Under the pieces are notes generated by a model, which saw only the letters and a program-made list of their open reading frames with translations, did no database searches and was not told where the DNA came from. 64,000 nt of DNA. Origin: Tubiluchus corallicola (taxonomy: Eukaryota; Animalia; Priapulida). The stretch is taken from contig JAQGDQ010001018.1 of NCBI GenBank assembly GCA_030141605.1, positions 1-64,000 of the forward strand, written 5' to 3'. Below are positions 1 through 18,000 of this stretch, piece after piece (position 1 is the stretch's first letter; the number at the start of each line of letters is the position of its first letter). The position numbers were made by a program, and so were the translations under genes.

Positions 1-992
1 TTCGGGTTAAAGTGATGACAATAATGTAGTTACTACTGCAATAAACCACGTTTTTTGTGGTTTCAAAAAGTGCATTGAGAAGTTCTAAAGACAAAAATTG
101 AATTATGATTTTGAACAATAGAGTCAAGATTTCTAACTTTGCATCTCCTTCACGACGTCGAATATTTGTTTAGTTTTGACATTCCCCATCATAAGGGTAG
201 TGTGGAATTTGTGTACCAGAATGTAACAGCTAGTTACAGGTGGGTCTGTCCTACGCTGGATACAGCTAATTATAATGCCGCTCAGTGCACTGTTGAAGTG
301 ACCGCCAGGATCCCCAGCAAGTAGCTCGATATATAATTACAGTGCACATTTATTTACTTGCTGGATCATTCAAGTTCTGAAATGACAATGGATTTTTCAC
401 TGTTGGCAGCTATCAGGTAAAAAGTACAGAATGAAACAGTAACAATTATATTACTTTTCGATTAAGCGAAATTAATAGTAATTCTAGTCTGATCATACCG
501 TGAATTCTTTCCAAATTTAAAAAAACATACAATGCATGTAATTTTTCATGTAATAACATACCAACAATAAATGCAAGCTGTTATAAGGTAATGAACTTAT
601 AGTTTCTAGGCATTTCAGTTGCTGGTAAGCTTTAAGGATTGGCTGTGAGTTGATTATGCAAAAGAAATACCAAGTCAGCTTACAAAACTGAACAACACAA
701 GCTGCTGTTACATTCTGTGAATACACTCCCGGGTGCTGCAAAAATTTAGAAAAGGAAGAAAGGAACAGAACTTATTTTGTTTTGATATGATTTACTTGTA
801 CGTTAGTCTTTTCTTTTCCAAATTTTGTTGAATTTGGAGAACCGAAAGTTAATAAGGCACTGTTTTTATCCGTCACAGATAATTGGTAAATGCATGTACC
901 CGTCGGTAAGGAGTTCATTTAACGTCTTTTGTTGGTGCAGAAATGCAACCCGTAAGGTGTCAGTGTGTAGTAACTACTTTGCATTATTGAAG

Positions 993-4950
<3,958 letters not shown>

Positions 4951-5984
4951 ACAAAAAATCAAAGTAAATAATAAAAAAGAACTTTTAGGTACTGTTTTAT
5001 AATTTTCAAGAAAAAATTGCCTCATCATTTCTGCTATGAGTGTCACTTTCTAAAAGCAGATTATATCTTTGATTGCCTAAAATTTTGTACAACATATTTT
5101 AAACAAAATTTACATAAAATAAATTCTTATTGTTGTGTATTTCGAATTATTCTCCTTGTTAAATGTTTACTGTTTGTGCTTTTTGTATAATGCTACAGTT
5201 TAGAGAACAATGTATCATAGTAATTAAGTAATATAAATTTATACAATATAATATACAAAACACAAATAGATATACATATATATAAATGCATGTAAACAAA
5301 GACATATAAATTCAACATTCAACATGTTGGCAAAATGAATAAATTTCATAAGTTACTGTTGTATTTGGTATTTTTACTGTTAAACGGTTGTGAATCAGAT
5401 AACGTATCTTTAAAATTTAGCTGAAACTTGAAAATAAGAAAGATAATTTTGTATATATTGGACAACAAACTGAGGAAAGAATGCTGAGGTCTTAAGCATC
5501 ATTACAGAGGAATGCCGAACCAGGCAAAGCATAATTTTGAAACTAAATTAAAGGGAAAGTTCCGAAACAAAATGCACACCAGAAAGCATACAATTTGAGA
5601 TGGTTCTGGAGAAATGTGGTGCAAGTTTATATTACCCCACCTGAATTTCAGGGAAGATAATATTTACTGATAGCATGTAGCTGATTGTTAGAAAGTGATA
5701 TATTGGGTGTTGTTGATATAAACTGAAGTACTGAAGTACTGAAGTGATTTCAAACGTTTACTAAGCATTTGTGGAAGAGGCAACAGTTTAATAGAGGTAT
5801 ACACCATACATGTACAAATTGGAATCAATGAGTATATTATTACTCAAGCTTCTAAGTTGTTGAAAACAGATGACAAAAAACCTTGATAAAAAGGTTTGAT
5901 ATAATGATCAAAAAGTCTAATAAGTGCTACTTGTACATTTTTTAAAGATGAACAGAGAGCTGACATTTTTTATAGCTTGAACAA

Positions 5985-6148
5985 TTGTTGTTGTTGTTGT
6001 CGTTGTTGTTATTGTTGTTGCTGGTGTTGTTGTTGCTGTTGCTGTTGTTGTTGTTGCTGTTGTTGTTGTTGCTGCTGTTGCTGTTGTTGTTGTCGTTGTT
6101 GTTTTTGTTGCTGTTGTTGTCGTTGTTGTTGTTTTTGGTGCTGTTGCG
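5985..6148. repeat. (GTT)n imperfect microsatellite
   Basis: GTT/GCT triplet run; source of the poly-Thr and poly-Cys ORFs. Confidence 0.95.
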
Positions 6149-8780
6149 GTAATAAAAAACTGATATCTGGATGCATTATAAAAGATGCATATCGAATTGC
6201 GCATAAAAATGTCTAAAAGAGAATGTGGAAACAGGAAAATTATTTTCATAATTTGGTAAATGCATTTGCTGTAATTTATCTTTAAAAATCGATTCATCGA
6301 TAAAATTGTTGACCTTTTATAGCTAATGTCACAGTTGTTTGTCTGCCTAAATTATGTATAATTTCTTATAATTTTGCTACCATATATACAGAGTTTACAG
6401 TGTAATTCAGTTTGTTACTTTGACATGTTTCATCTACTGGTTACCTTTTCCAACAAAGATCATTGGATATTATAAATGTTCGAAAGCTGAGGGCGAATTA
6501 TTTAAGTTGACTGGAAAATAAAGCAATCATAGAATTTATGTATAGATGACAACACTATGTTTGACTTTTTTATTTCGCTAGAATTGTTGTACTGTGTTAA
6601 CGTCACTGTTTCGTAATCAAGTGTTAAGACAGATATAAACACTGCGATTAGATTAATAAATTAAATAAAAGATGAAAGAATTGCAGAAAAAAGGTAAATA
6701 TGTAAAGGCAGAAAAGATATTGAAATGGTTTTATCATATATATATATACATTGTGATATAAAGCATACAAGAGCCATAACTGCTTTCGGTTTCCTCAGCA
6801 GAACTGGTCTCTATAAACGTCTTTGGAACTAAAAAATGCTTATTTACTTTTAAGGCCTGCAGTTTTGAATTTTATAGGAAGATGGAAAATGAGCTATCCT
6901 AACAATATACGAATTTATTTTACAAAAGGGAAAGCGTTTAAATTGTCCTTCGCAATTTAAATATCCTAATCCTAGCACAACCCTCATCCGCTTTACGAAT
7001 TAATTTCTTGTGTCTGGGAATTGTTAACTTTAACCATAAAAATGTGAAACTAATTCAATATTTTCTTTATCATAATAAAAGTGCACGTTAAAACTAATTT
7101 TCATAGAACAGTTTAATTAGCATTAGTGGTTTAATTATGTTTATGCATTTCATTACATATAATAGCAGAAAAATTTTGGTGAAGCAAGCAACATAGTTGG
7201 TTCAGAATCTATTAATGCCTAGCAACCACTCGCCTAGCAAATTGTTGCCTAGCTACCCGTCACCATGAAAATGAGCAATATAGTTTCCCTATCCGTGACT
7301 TAGCACTGTCACTTGACAACCCATCACCATGCATGCAAGCCAGAGGGGAGTTTGCCACAACATAATGTATAATATTTACACAAGTCTAGCACTTGCAAAC
7401 ATTGCACCAGATCCTGTTGAACTAATGTTAGATGCTCCTCTACTTATTTGTGTATCAACGTTATTAATAGTTGTGATACCGTTACAATTAACATGGCATC
7501 TTTTGGATTTCAAACTTATAATTATGAATTGCTGACATTAGATTTTATTTAAGAATGGATCAAAATAATAAACTGCAAGGCTTTTCTCATTATTTGTTTC
7601 CTGTGAGAAAGTGGTAATGACCCCAAGTTTACAGTTTGTCTAGTTATTTTTGGTTTTGAAAACTATTTTACATTTCAAGAAATACACTGATGCCAGGAGT
7701 TTCTCTTCATTTAACGTCGCCTAAATACCCTTCCTAGGTGTTTACATTTCGTCAAGACTTTGCGTTTTATAAGAAGTTCCTGTTTTCCTTCCTATTTGTG
7801 TAGCGGTGTAGAATAAAATTAAACTTTATACAACAGTTTTTTGAAAAGAATGAACATTTAACTTTTGAAAGGCATATATACATAACATAAATAGAGCAAG
7901 GCTATATATAACTAGACGTTGTAAGTTCTCAATAATTTTCTAAAGAGTATTAATAGTTAGATTAAGTTTTGCTCAAGGTCAGCTTCGTGTTACATCCACT
8001 TTTATACCTGTTCTACCTGTTAAAACAGCCAATTAATGGTGTCATTTGTATGTGTCTCAAGCGTATCGAGCATTCTTGAAATTAATCATTTGTTTTAAGA
8101 CATTAACTTTATCTTTAATATCAACAGTAGTGTTCTTATGGTTTTTACTTTGAAGTTCAGTTTGCTAAAACTTCAAGATATGAGTAACAAATCTGATTTC
8201 TGAGTGTAAGGTTTCTGTAAAATTATTACAAAAACATGAAAACGGGTTACAAATAGCAATCTTAATTAAATCCTTCAACTAATTAACTAACTAAACATAA
8301 TTAACTAAATTAAATGGTGAATCTTAATTATAAACTGATATCTGAAGGTAAGCAATCAGAAAGAAAAAGAATTATATTACAATGCAATATGTACAATTTT
8401 CCAATGTGCACCACATAATTTAGCAATACAGTGACTAGTCAGGTTCCATCAGGGTGCGCCATGAAAACTACGACAGTATCGTTAGTCAGGGTGAATTTTA
8501 AGAAATTCGCTTAATCAGCTTAAGAAACATGCCCAGAATTTTGCAATAAAATAAGAAACCGTATTACCATCAATAGAAAATAACAACCTAATTTATTTTT
8601 ACAGTACCATTCATAATTATTTTTACAGTACCATCAATATTTGTTAGAAAAACATCATTTGCGACAAAATTGACGCTTTGTGGGATTACAGCTGCAGCTA
8701 GGAAAGATCGTGAATTCACTTTTTTCACCATTACATGCAACAACATGTAGCATATTTTTCACTATGTTTGAACACAGAAT

Positions 8781-11600
8781 AAAAACGGTTTGTTCTTACA
8801 ATATGACTAATAATAATACTACTAACTGTAAGTTGGTGACATCTAGCTTCAATATTGGAGTCCTATATTTAAATACCTGTTATTCAAGTTTCGATGTGTT
8901 CAAAGCAGTAATGACAAATTTCCTGAGTAACTCCTGGGTTGATGTATGTAGATTTTGCTTCATTTTATTTGGTTACTCACTGAAAGTCTCTAATTAATTT
9001 TAGTTAATCGCAGTGGACGTTTTGATAAGAAATCAATTAGTTTGTTAAAATAATTTACATTTCATTCCCGACGAAATGTATAATTTTGGGAAATGGCGAC
9101 TCAATACATGTCAAATATGAAGTAAAATGACGAAGAGGTATGTTCTGTGATGATGATAAACGAACAATAAAATATTTTACTAAGCAGCACTTGATGACTT
9201 TGTTTGTTTGTATTATAAAACCCAAACAATCTCCGTTTCGTTTAAGCCAATCAGTATTCCATCGTTACACATAACGTAGTTTATTCACTTTAGTAAGAAT
9301 GTTTTGTGATGGATTGAATCAAATCTTTTTCCAAAATTAAAATAGATTGTGTCAAGTGAAGCTCAGCAACTGACTGTTTTGGTCCATAAATTGATGTCAT
9401 CTAATAGTTGTCTGATACAGACTTGCCTTTTCTAAATCCGCATTGTGTTCTTGATATTTTGCTTTTTATGTGCTATATCAATCATTTCCAGATAATATTC
9501 TCTAATGTTTTACACAGTTTTGACGTTAGGCTTACTGGTCTATAGTTGTTATCAATTTTACTTATCTTCTTGAGTATGGGTGAAACTTGGCTGAACTTCC
9601 AAACTTGAGATAGTTTTCTTTGTCCAGTGATTAATGAAGAAGTAAGAACTGTGTCTTAACTAGTTCTGAACTTGCGACTTTTAAAAACATTGGGTACATA
9701 CCGTCTTCATCAGTTATAATTTGTTTCAGTTTGTTAGATTTAAGCAAATCCAAGGATTTTCCTCTGATACAAGCGAATTGCAATTTATCAAGATGTACAC
9801 CATCACCTAATACAACAAAAGCCTTTATGGTTTATGGGTGAATAACTGTCTATATGTGGATGTGCTTGTGAATGTGTATTTGTAATGAAAAAAGGCTTAA
9901 CAGCGGTATATATTTTTGTGATGTTCCTATTAGGGAACACTGATTGCTGATTAGCTGCAGAATAACAAATCGAATAACTGAGTGACGTAACAGCTCCTGT
10001 AGTAATGAGCACTATAGAACTCGCCGCCAAGCTGCGACAACATTTATGTATTTTTGATCGTGCATATGTATTATCAGCCAAAAATGTGATTTTGCTAAAG
10101 TAACTTTAAAACTCAGGTTACTTCAGTTTACTACAGTTTACGTCCCAGTTTCTAATCAGCTAACTTGTATGGCAATGATTAAGAATGAAATGTGAATGAA
10201 CGTTTGTTGAATAAAATTAATAATGTTCTTCGATACTTGAATTTGCTATCTTTGTGAAATATTAAGAAAGTAGAGTTGTTACTGAAATTGCGCTGAAGCG
10301 TCCAAAACATGATTGTTTATTGACAATTATCAATGTTTTGCAGTGACATACCATCAGGACCACACTTAGTTGTGTATCTTGGGGGCAACGAGTTTCTTCA
10401 ACCAAGTCAAACCCGCTATGTAAAATTAGTCTACCATAACATAAATATCTATAATATATGGAGTATATGGTAGTATATGGTGTTAGAAACCAATCTCTTA
10501 TAAACCACATGATGGGTTGTACAGGTGAGATCATGTATCTTTTACATTACAAGCCACCAGAGATTGATCAAAGTTTGGTGCAATAGTTTCGAATGATACA
10601 AAACAATTTAGCTCATTAAGGCACTGCACCACTCACAGTAAGTCACATATGGTGAATGGGTTTTCTGCTGCTGTGTGAGAACAGGCATAGACGCAGACAC
10701 AACTGAATGATTGAAAATTATGAGCTCTTCTATACGGGTGGTACAGTACTCGGCTACTGATTCGTGGTATTTTGTTCAAAAAGTATATGTAAGTGATTAA
10801 CCTGGACAAAAATACGAAAAACACCCCTCTGATGTGACATGTGTGATCGTCCACACTTCGTTTTTGATCGCCTGCTTGCTACAGACCAAAAGAAATGTAC
10901 AGAATTCCAGGAAAGACAATTATGGTCTTCTCATTCCTTAAACATCAATGGCTCCATGAAAATAGAGTAGACTTAACGCCAAAGTGAATTAGAAGAATTA
11001 GTAACTCTATTGTACGAGGAGCAGAAAGCTAAGAAATTATCAAATATAGTTTTATCGTACTTAGTGAGAGCACTTTCTCATGAACTGAACACATGTAAAA
11101 TGCAACAAACTCTTATAGACCTGAGGGGCTAAATCCCTATAGACTATCACTAATAATGTTCTCATATGTTACATTCGTACTTTGGGGCATGAATATCAAA
11201 CTTTATTTTTTTGTCTATCATATTTAATCATTTTTACTAATGCCTAACGTCAGACTAGTGTGAAACTAGTGTGAGACTAGTGTGAGACAGCACTTTCTTA
11301 ATTTTAATAGTTTCTTTTTTAAATTACAGATTCACTGGTATAAAAGGCATGAACATTTTTCATATATAATGGGAACTGGCATCAATGATATTGCTTTTGC
11401 ACGACTGAACGCGCCAGTTGAGATTAATGATGATGTTCGACCTGCTAAAACGCCTGTGTGCGACCTTAATATGAGTTACGTTAACCAAGATATTACTCTT
11501 GTAGGATGGGGATCTGATATATGGAGTGGTGCATTAAATTTCTAGTAATTTGGTTGATTACGTCATGGGAACCCTATACCTTTGAACAATTAAATTTTTT
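8781..11600 (+). pseudogene. Inverted partial duplicate of gene 2 (exon 4 and 5 copies only)
   Basis: Reverse complement of about 13692-17317. Contains exon copies 10344-10419 and 11330-11528 with intact AG/GT. Junction near 9826 skips about 15457-16236 (activation and His57 exons). No GDSGGP exon downstream on +. Confidence 0.85.
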
Positions 11601-12014
11601 GCATTCGGTCTTGTATTGGATACACTAAGTGCTTTAACTAGCACAATGTTGTGTTCCTTACGTAATCATCTTCATAGTCATTTTGGCATTTCTTGCACAA
11701 TTTTGTCGCTATCATTTGCAATACTTGGCAGCCCAATAGTGGAGGACATATATCAGTTATCAAAGCTTCCGTTTCATTCCTAACTTTTGTTGAATTACAT
11801 CTTGGATAAATTTGTGCTTAAAACAAACATGCTTATTTAAAATAAGAAACTTTTTATTAAAAATTATTTATTGTAAATTCGCATATCACATACACATTCT
11901 GTGGTAGGTTTGTTTGCAAAACTTGGTAGTCATAGAAAATTTTGCGTGAAAGCATTTGCCTTGGGAATTATAAAACCTTAAAAATACTCTGCTATTAGTT
12001 AGTCTGTTTAATGA

Positions 12015-15000
12015 CTAAAAACTTGCACAAAGTGCTGAGAACAACGTAATTATACAGATCATTGATGCAGAATGTACTAGAGCTTTGTCAGATGCAGAGG
12101 TATATGCTGCAGCTGGCATAAAACTATAATCTCTAAACTCGAAGCCTGAATAAAATTGCTGTTCACTGATCCACTCGACATAATAGGCAATTCTTGGTCC
12201 CACAATTACCGAGAATTCGTCATACCCTGCTAATGGATTATCCGTTGAATTATATGATGTATTTCTCCATGAAGCTTGATAAATGCCTATTACTTTCATC
12301 TGTACTGTGTCTAATACAAGTGGTCCACCAGAATCACCCTACAAGAAGAAAATACAACACTTTCGATTTGCAAAACGTCAATAAAATTTGCTGATAATTT
12401 AAATGTGGAAAATCATCCTTACATCACTTTGATGTGTCTACTTATTAGATAATAATAGTAGCTGTGGTTAAGAAAGTTGGTGATCACTTTCTTTAAGTAA
12501 CAGCAAATTCGTTTAACTCTTGTGATGGTTGGTGCCTTAGTTGCTGTCAAGTCTTAAAGAGTAGTGCTTTTCTTTGGTTGGCTGGTGTGATGTTGGCACC
12601 TTAACACCGTGCACTTGCCGAGGTCTGTTTTGTAACAAGGTGGGCATAACTTGGATCTTTATTTTATGTGCATTCATTTTTTATTCTCTTGATCGGTGCT
12701 TCAACTAGCACTTGTGAAGTTCATCGCTTGTAGAGCAGTAAGCTTGGAGAGAGCATGCTGGCAATATTGGGACATGACAATGTAGCGGAATAGCATCTTG
12801 GTTGTTAGGAAACTGCATGGTGGGTCCAATTTATCTATGGTGAGACTTATTGCTAAAAGTGTTAATTATTGAGACAATTAGCTACAACTTACAGTTTACT
12901 ATGCACTTTGTGAAATTGCTTGTCACACCCACAGTGTCAGTTGGAACTCATTGCAAAAATAAGATACAGTCGTTTTAGAACAAAATTTCTAAATTTATAG
13001 CACCGTATTACAAACGAATCACGTGGCATTCGTCAGCCAATCAGAATCATTTGGCTTAACATATGACATTCTGAATTCTCCATGTTATGATGTCTTCCAA
13101 TGCGTTGCTTTTCTCTAGATATTTTTAGAAGTTTTTCACAAAGAAAATGACATGCTTATGTTGACCAGGTTTAAATTTAAATTTAGCACATTAAAAATAT
13201 AGAAGGTGGTACAATCTTGCAATTTTTTCAAAAAATGTAGAGAAGACATTTGACCAATTACAGGTAAGCTGCTCACTAACATTCAAACTATTAACTTTAT
13301 ACCTGTTTCTTGGTCAATAAATATTAAAATTTTAAATAGCTACTTACAAGACCACCTATACGTCCTGGGTGATGTGCACAGATGTAGTGTTCTGAGGAAA
13401 TATCCGCGCAATTACCTCCAGTAATAACTGAGAAGGTCGCCTTCTGCAAACGATCAACTGTTTTAGAGGGTTGATCTGCAATACGAAAGTGTCGCGTAAT
13501 GTGTCACTCGTGGTAAAGAATAAATAGATTTTCAAGCAATGGAACAGGCAATATTGACACATGTATGCTATGTCAAGTATGCTTTAATAGCAAATAAAAT
13601 GCAGAAACACTGCCTAGTAGTATCCACTGTGCGATTTAGCTCCTGTATAACAATAAAACTGGCAGCCCTAAAAATACTCTTCATCAGCATTAAAAAATTT
13701 AATTGTTCAAAGGTATAGGGTACCCATGACGTAATCAAACAAATTAAATCAACCAAATTATTAAAAATTTAACGCACCACTGAATAGATCAGATCCCCAT
13801 CCTACAAGAGTAACATCTTGGTTAACGTAACTCATATTAAGGTCACACACAGGCGTTTTAGCAGGCCGAACATCATCATTAATCTCAACTGGTGCGTTCA
13901 GTCGTGCAAAAGCAATATCATTGATGCCAGCTCCCATTATATATGCATAATGTTCATGCCTTTTATACCAGTGAATCTGTAATTTAAAAAAGAAACTATT
14001 AAAATTAAGAAAGTGCTGTCTCACACTAGTCTCACACTAGTCTGACATTGGGCATTAGTAAAAATGATTAAATATGAAAGACAAAAAAATAAAGTTTGAT
14101 ATTCATGCCACAAAGTACGAATGTAACATATGAGAACATTATTAGTGACAGTCTATAGGGATTTGTCTTTTCAGGACAATAAGAGTTTGTTGCATTTTAC
14201 ATGGGCTGAGTTCATGAGAAAGTGCTCTCATTAAGCACGATAAAACTATATTTGACAATTTCTTCGGTTGCCGCTCCTCGTACAATAGAGTTACTAATTC
14301 ATCTAATTCACTTTGGCGTTAAGTCTACTCTATCTTCATGGATCCATTGATGTTCAAGGAATGAGAAAACCATGATTGTCTATACTGGTCTGTAGCAAGC
14401 GGGCGATCAAAAAAGTGCTGGGGACGATCACACATGTCACATGAGAGGGGTGTTTTTCGTATTTTTATCCAAGTTAATCACTTACATATACCTTTTAAAC
14501 AAAATACCACGAATCAGTAGCCGAGTACTGTACCACCCATATAGAAGAGCTCATAATTTTCAATCATTTAGTTGTGTCTGTGTTTATGCCTGTTCTCACA
14601 CAGCAGCAGAAAACCCATTCACCATATGTGACTTACTGTGAGGGGTGCAGTGCCTTAATGAGCTAAATTGTTTCGTATCTATCAGTCGAAACTATTGTAC
14701 CAAACTTTGATCAATCTCTGGTGGCTTGTAATGCAAAGATACATGTTCTCACCTGTACAACACATCACGTGTTTTATAAAAGATTGGTTTCTAACACCAT
14801 ATACTAACATATACTCCATATATTATAGATATTTATGTGATGGAAGACAAATCTTACATAGCGGGTTTGACTTGGTTGAAGAAACTCGTTGCCCCCAAGG
14901 TATACAACTAAGTGTGGTCCTGATGGTATGTCACTGCAAAACATTGATAATTGTCAATAAACAATCATGTTTTGGACGCCTCAGCGCAATTTCAGTAACA

Positions 15001-18000
15001 ACTCAACTTTCTTAATATTTCACAAAGATAGCAAATTCAAGTATCGAAGAACATTATTAATTTTATTCAACTAACGTTCATTCACGTTTCATTCTTAATC
15101 CTTGTCATACAAGTTAGCTGATCATCGTCACACAAGTTACAAGAAACTGGGAAGTAAACTGTAGTAAACTGAGTTTTAAAGTTACTTTAGCAAAATCACA
15201 TTTTGGCTGATAATACATATGCACGATTAAAAATACATAAATGTTGGCGCAGCTTGGCAGCGGGTTCTATAGTGCTCATTACTACAGGAGCTGTTACGTC
15301 ACTCAGTTATTCGATTTGTTATTCTGCAGCTAGTCAGCAATCAGTGTTCCTTAATAGGAACATCCCAAAAATATATAGCGCTGTTCTGCTAAGCCTTTTT
15401 TCAATACAAATACACATTCACAAGCACATCTACATATAGACAGTTATTCACTCATACACTCACATGTCTGTTTAGTTGTGTAGACAGCATTCAGCAGTTA
15501 TTGTAGAAATGCTAACAAACTTTCTTGAAAATATTTATGTGAAAAGACTGATTTTCACATAAATGAGAAATGTGAAAAGATTCACACATCGCAATGAGTT
15601 TGCATACTTACTCTTTAAACATGTGAGCTACTGTTAGAATATGTTTGTCATCGATAAGAAATCCTCCTGCTGTAATTGCTACGGAGGGATTGTCGAAAGC
15701 AGGACGAAAAATCCTAACCTTCAAGAACAAATACACAAATAATTACTAAAACTGTTGCCTTGCATCTTAAATTGCTATATTTAAAAAAGGGAAGAAGTTA
15801 ATGCAAAAGTAGCAAACTTTAATCTGTTGTACAAAACGATGTTTTGGCTTTTTCACGAAGAATTTCCAACTGTGAACTACAAAACTGAGCAAATGTGGCT
15901 ATCCAACTCGATGTCTCCATGCTGCCACACTACGGTCATAAATGCAATAACATTGTGACTACCAAATTAAAGAGATCATATAAATAATTTGACGTTAAAT
16001 ATGAAAGGTGATTTAAACTCAGCAAAATTAAAAAAACAAAACAGAAAAAATTTATTTTTGCAAAAAAAAACAAATTTAAACACGCACCATGTATGGAAAT
16101 TCCCGCTCCCCTGCATTTTCTCCACCATGAATTCTTGGTTCAATAGGTAACTCTGCAACAAATTTTCCAATTTACTCATAGACAAAAACAGAACAAATAT
16201 TTACCACTAAACGTCCAGGTGTGCATCTGGACCTAAAAAGGCTTTTGTTGTATAAGGCGATGGTGCACATCTGGATAAATTGCAATTCACTTGTAATAGA
16301 GGAAAATCTTAGGATTTGCTTAAATGTAACCAACTGAAAGCAAATTATAACTGATGAAGACTGTATGTTCCCAATGTTTTTAAAAGTCGCAAGTTCAGAA
16401 CTAGTTATGCCACAGTTCTTACTTTTTCATTAATCACTGGACAAAGAAAACTATCTCAAGTTTGGAAGTTCAGCCAAGTTTCACCAACACTCAAGAAGAT
16501 AAGTAAAATTGATAATAAGTATAGACCAGTAAGCCTAACGTCAAAACTATTTAAAACATTAGAGAAAATTATCTGCAAATGACTGATACAGCACATAAAA
16601 AGCAAAATATCAAGAACACAATGCGGATTTAGAAAAGGCAAGTCTGTATCACACAACTAATTAGATTACATCAATTTATGGACCAAAATAATCAGTTGTT
16701 GAGTTTCACTTGACACAACCAATTTAAATTTTGCAAAAATATTTGATTCATTCCCTCACAAAAGACACTTACTATAGTGACTAAACTGCGTTAAGTGTAA
16801 TGATGTAATACTGATTGGCTTAAATGAAACGGAGATTGTTTGGGTTTTATCGTGACAAATAAACAAAGTCATCAAGTACTGCTTAGTATAATATTTTATT
16901 GTTCGTGCACCATCATCACAGAACATACCGTAATTTTACTTCACATTTGACATATATTTATACGCCATTTCCCAAAATTATACATTTCGTCGGGAATGAA
17001 ATGTAAATTATTTTAACAAACTAATTGATTTCTTATCAAAATGTCCACTGCAATTAACTAAAATTAATTAGAGACTTTCAGTGAGTAACCAAATAAAATG
17101 AAACAAAATTTACATACATCAACCATAATACAACATACATAAATTTGTCATTACTGCTTTGAACACATTGAAACCTGAATAACAGGTATTTAAAACTAGG
17201 TCGCCAATATTGAAGCCAGATGTCACCAACTTACAGGTAAGAGCAGGTAAGTTAACTTAATCTAATCAAAACGCACACTGAACAATTATTAGTCATATTG
17301 TAAGAACAAACCGTTTTGGTTGTTTAATAAACAAAGCTCCTTAACAGAAATGGCGAATGATTTTAGAAGTTATTGTAGACGATAATCTGAATTTCGATGA
17401 GCATGCTGGAACAGAGTCAGTAGGAGAATCAGAATAGTCGGAATGATGAAAAGGCTCACTTGTCAGCACTGGCACTGACATGTTTTTGCCATTATTCAGC
17501 AGATTAGTAAGACTGATACTGAAATATGGTAATGTAGTTTAAAAACTATTTTACAGAAAAGTCATCCATTGATTAGAAAACGAACAGTGTAGAGCAGTAA
17601 AGAAGGTTTACTGTACATCAGGTCTGAAGTACGAAGACACATTGTTGGTGCTAAAACTGCTCTAGTTTAATATACCGTAGGTTTAGAAGTGACAAGATAG
17701 AAGTGTACAAGATCACGCACAGCAACTACATTACGCCAATATAGTTGACTCAACACAAGAAACCGATTTTTCCCAGTGGGGACACCAAGATTATGGAATA
17801 AGTTACCATAACAGGTTTTTAAGGCACCATCTTTGAATGCTTTCAAGTTCCGTTTAGATAGACAGATTTTGGAGCAGGAAATACACCCAGAAAGGTCCCA
17901 AGGAATAACTTAACAGACGGCCATAAGCTTATTTCTGGAACAGTGAACAAATCAAAGCCCAAAGAGATACATGTTTTCATTGATGTGAAATTTACTGTTA

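Noticed and set aside
139-910. ORF 139-324 and QIIGKCMYPS near 880 as gene 1 5' exons
   Set aside because: No signal peptide or R-IxGG..PY motif; cannot be supported.
9803-15439. Paired similar ORFs (MADNTYAR.., SPVQ..DWFLTPY.., RGVFFVFL..) as duplicated genes
   Set aside because: They are antisense or intronic frames that recur only because of the inverted duplication.
16204-16232. Short AG/GT-bounded segment as an extra gene 2 exon
   Set aside because: Reads a stop in the phase set by exon 1; exon 1 joins exon 2 in frame without it.
16348-16400. CTGATGA core as a hammerhead ribozyme
   Set aside because: No GAAA partner or stems I/III found.
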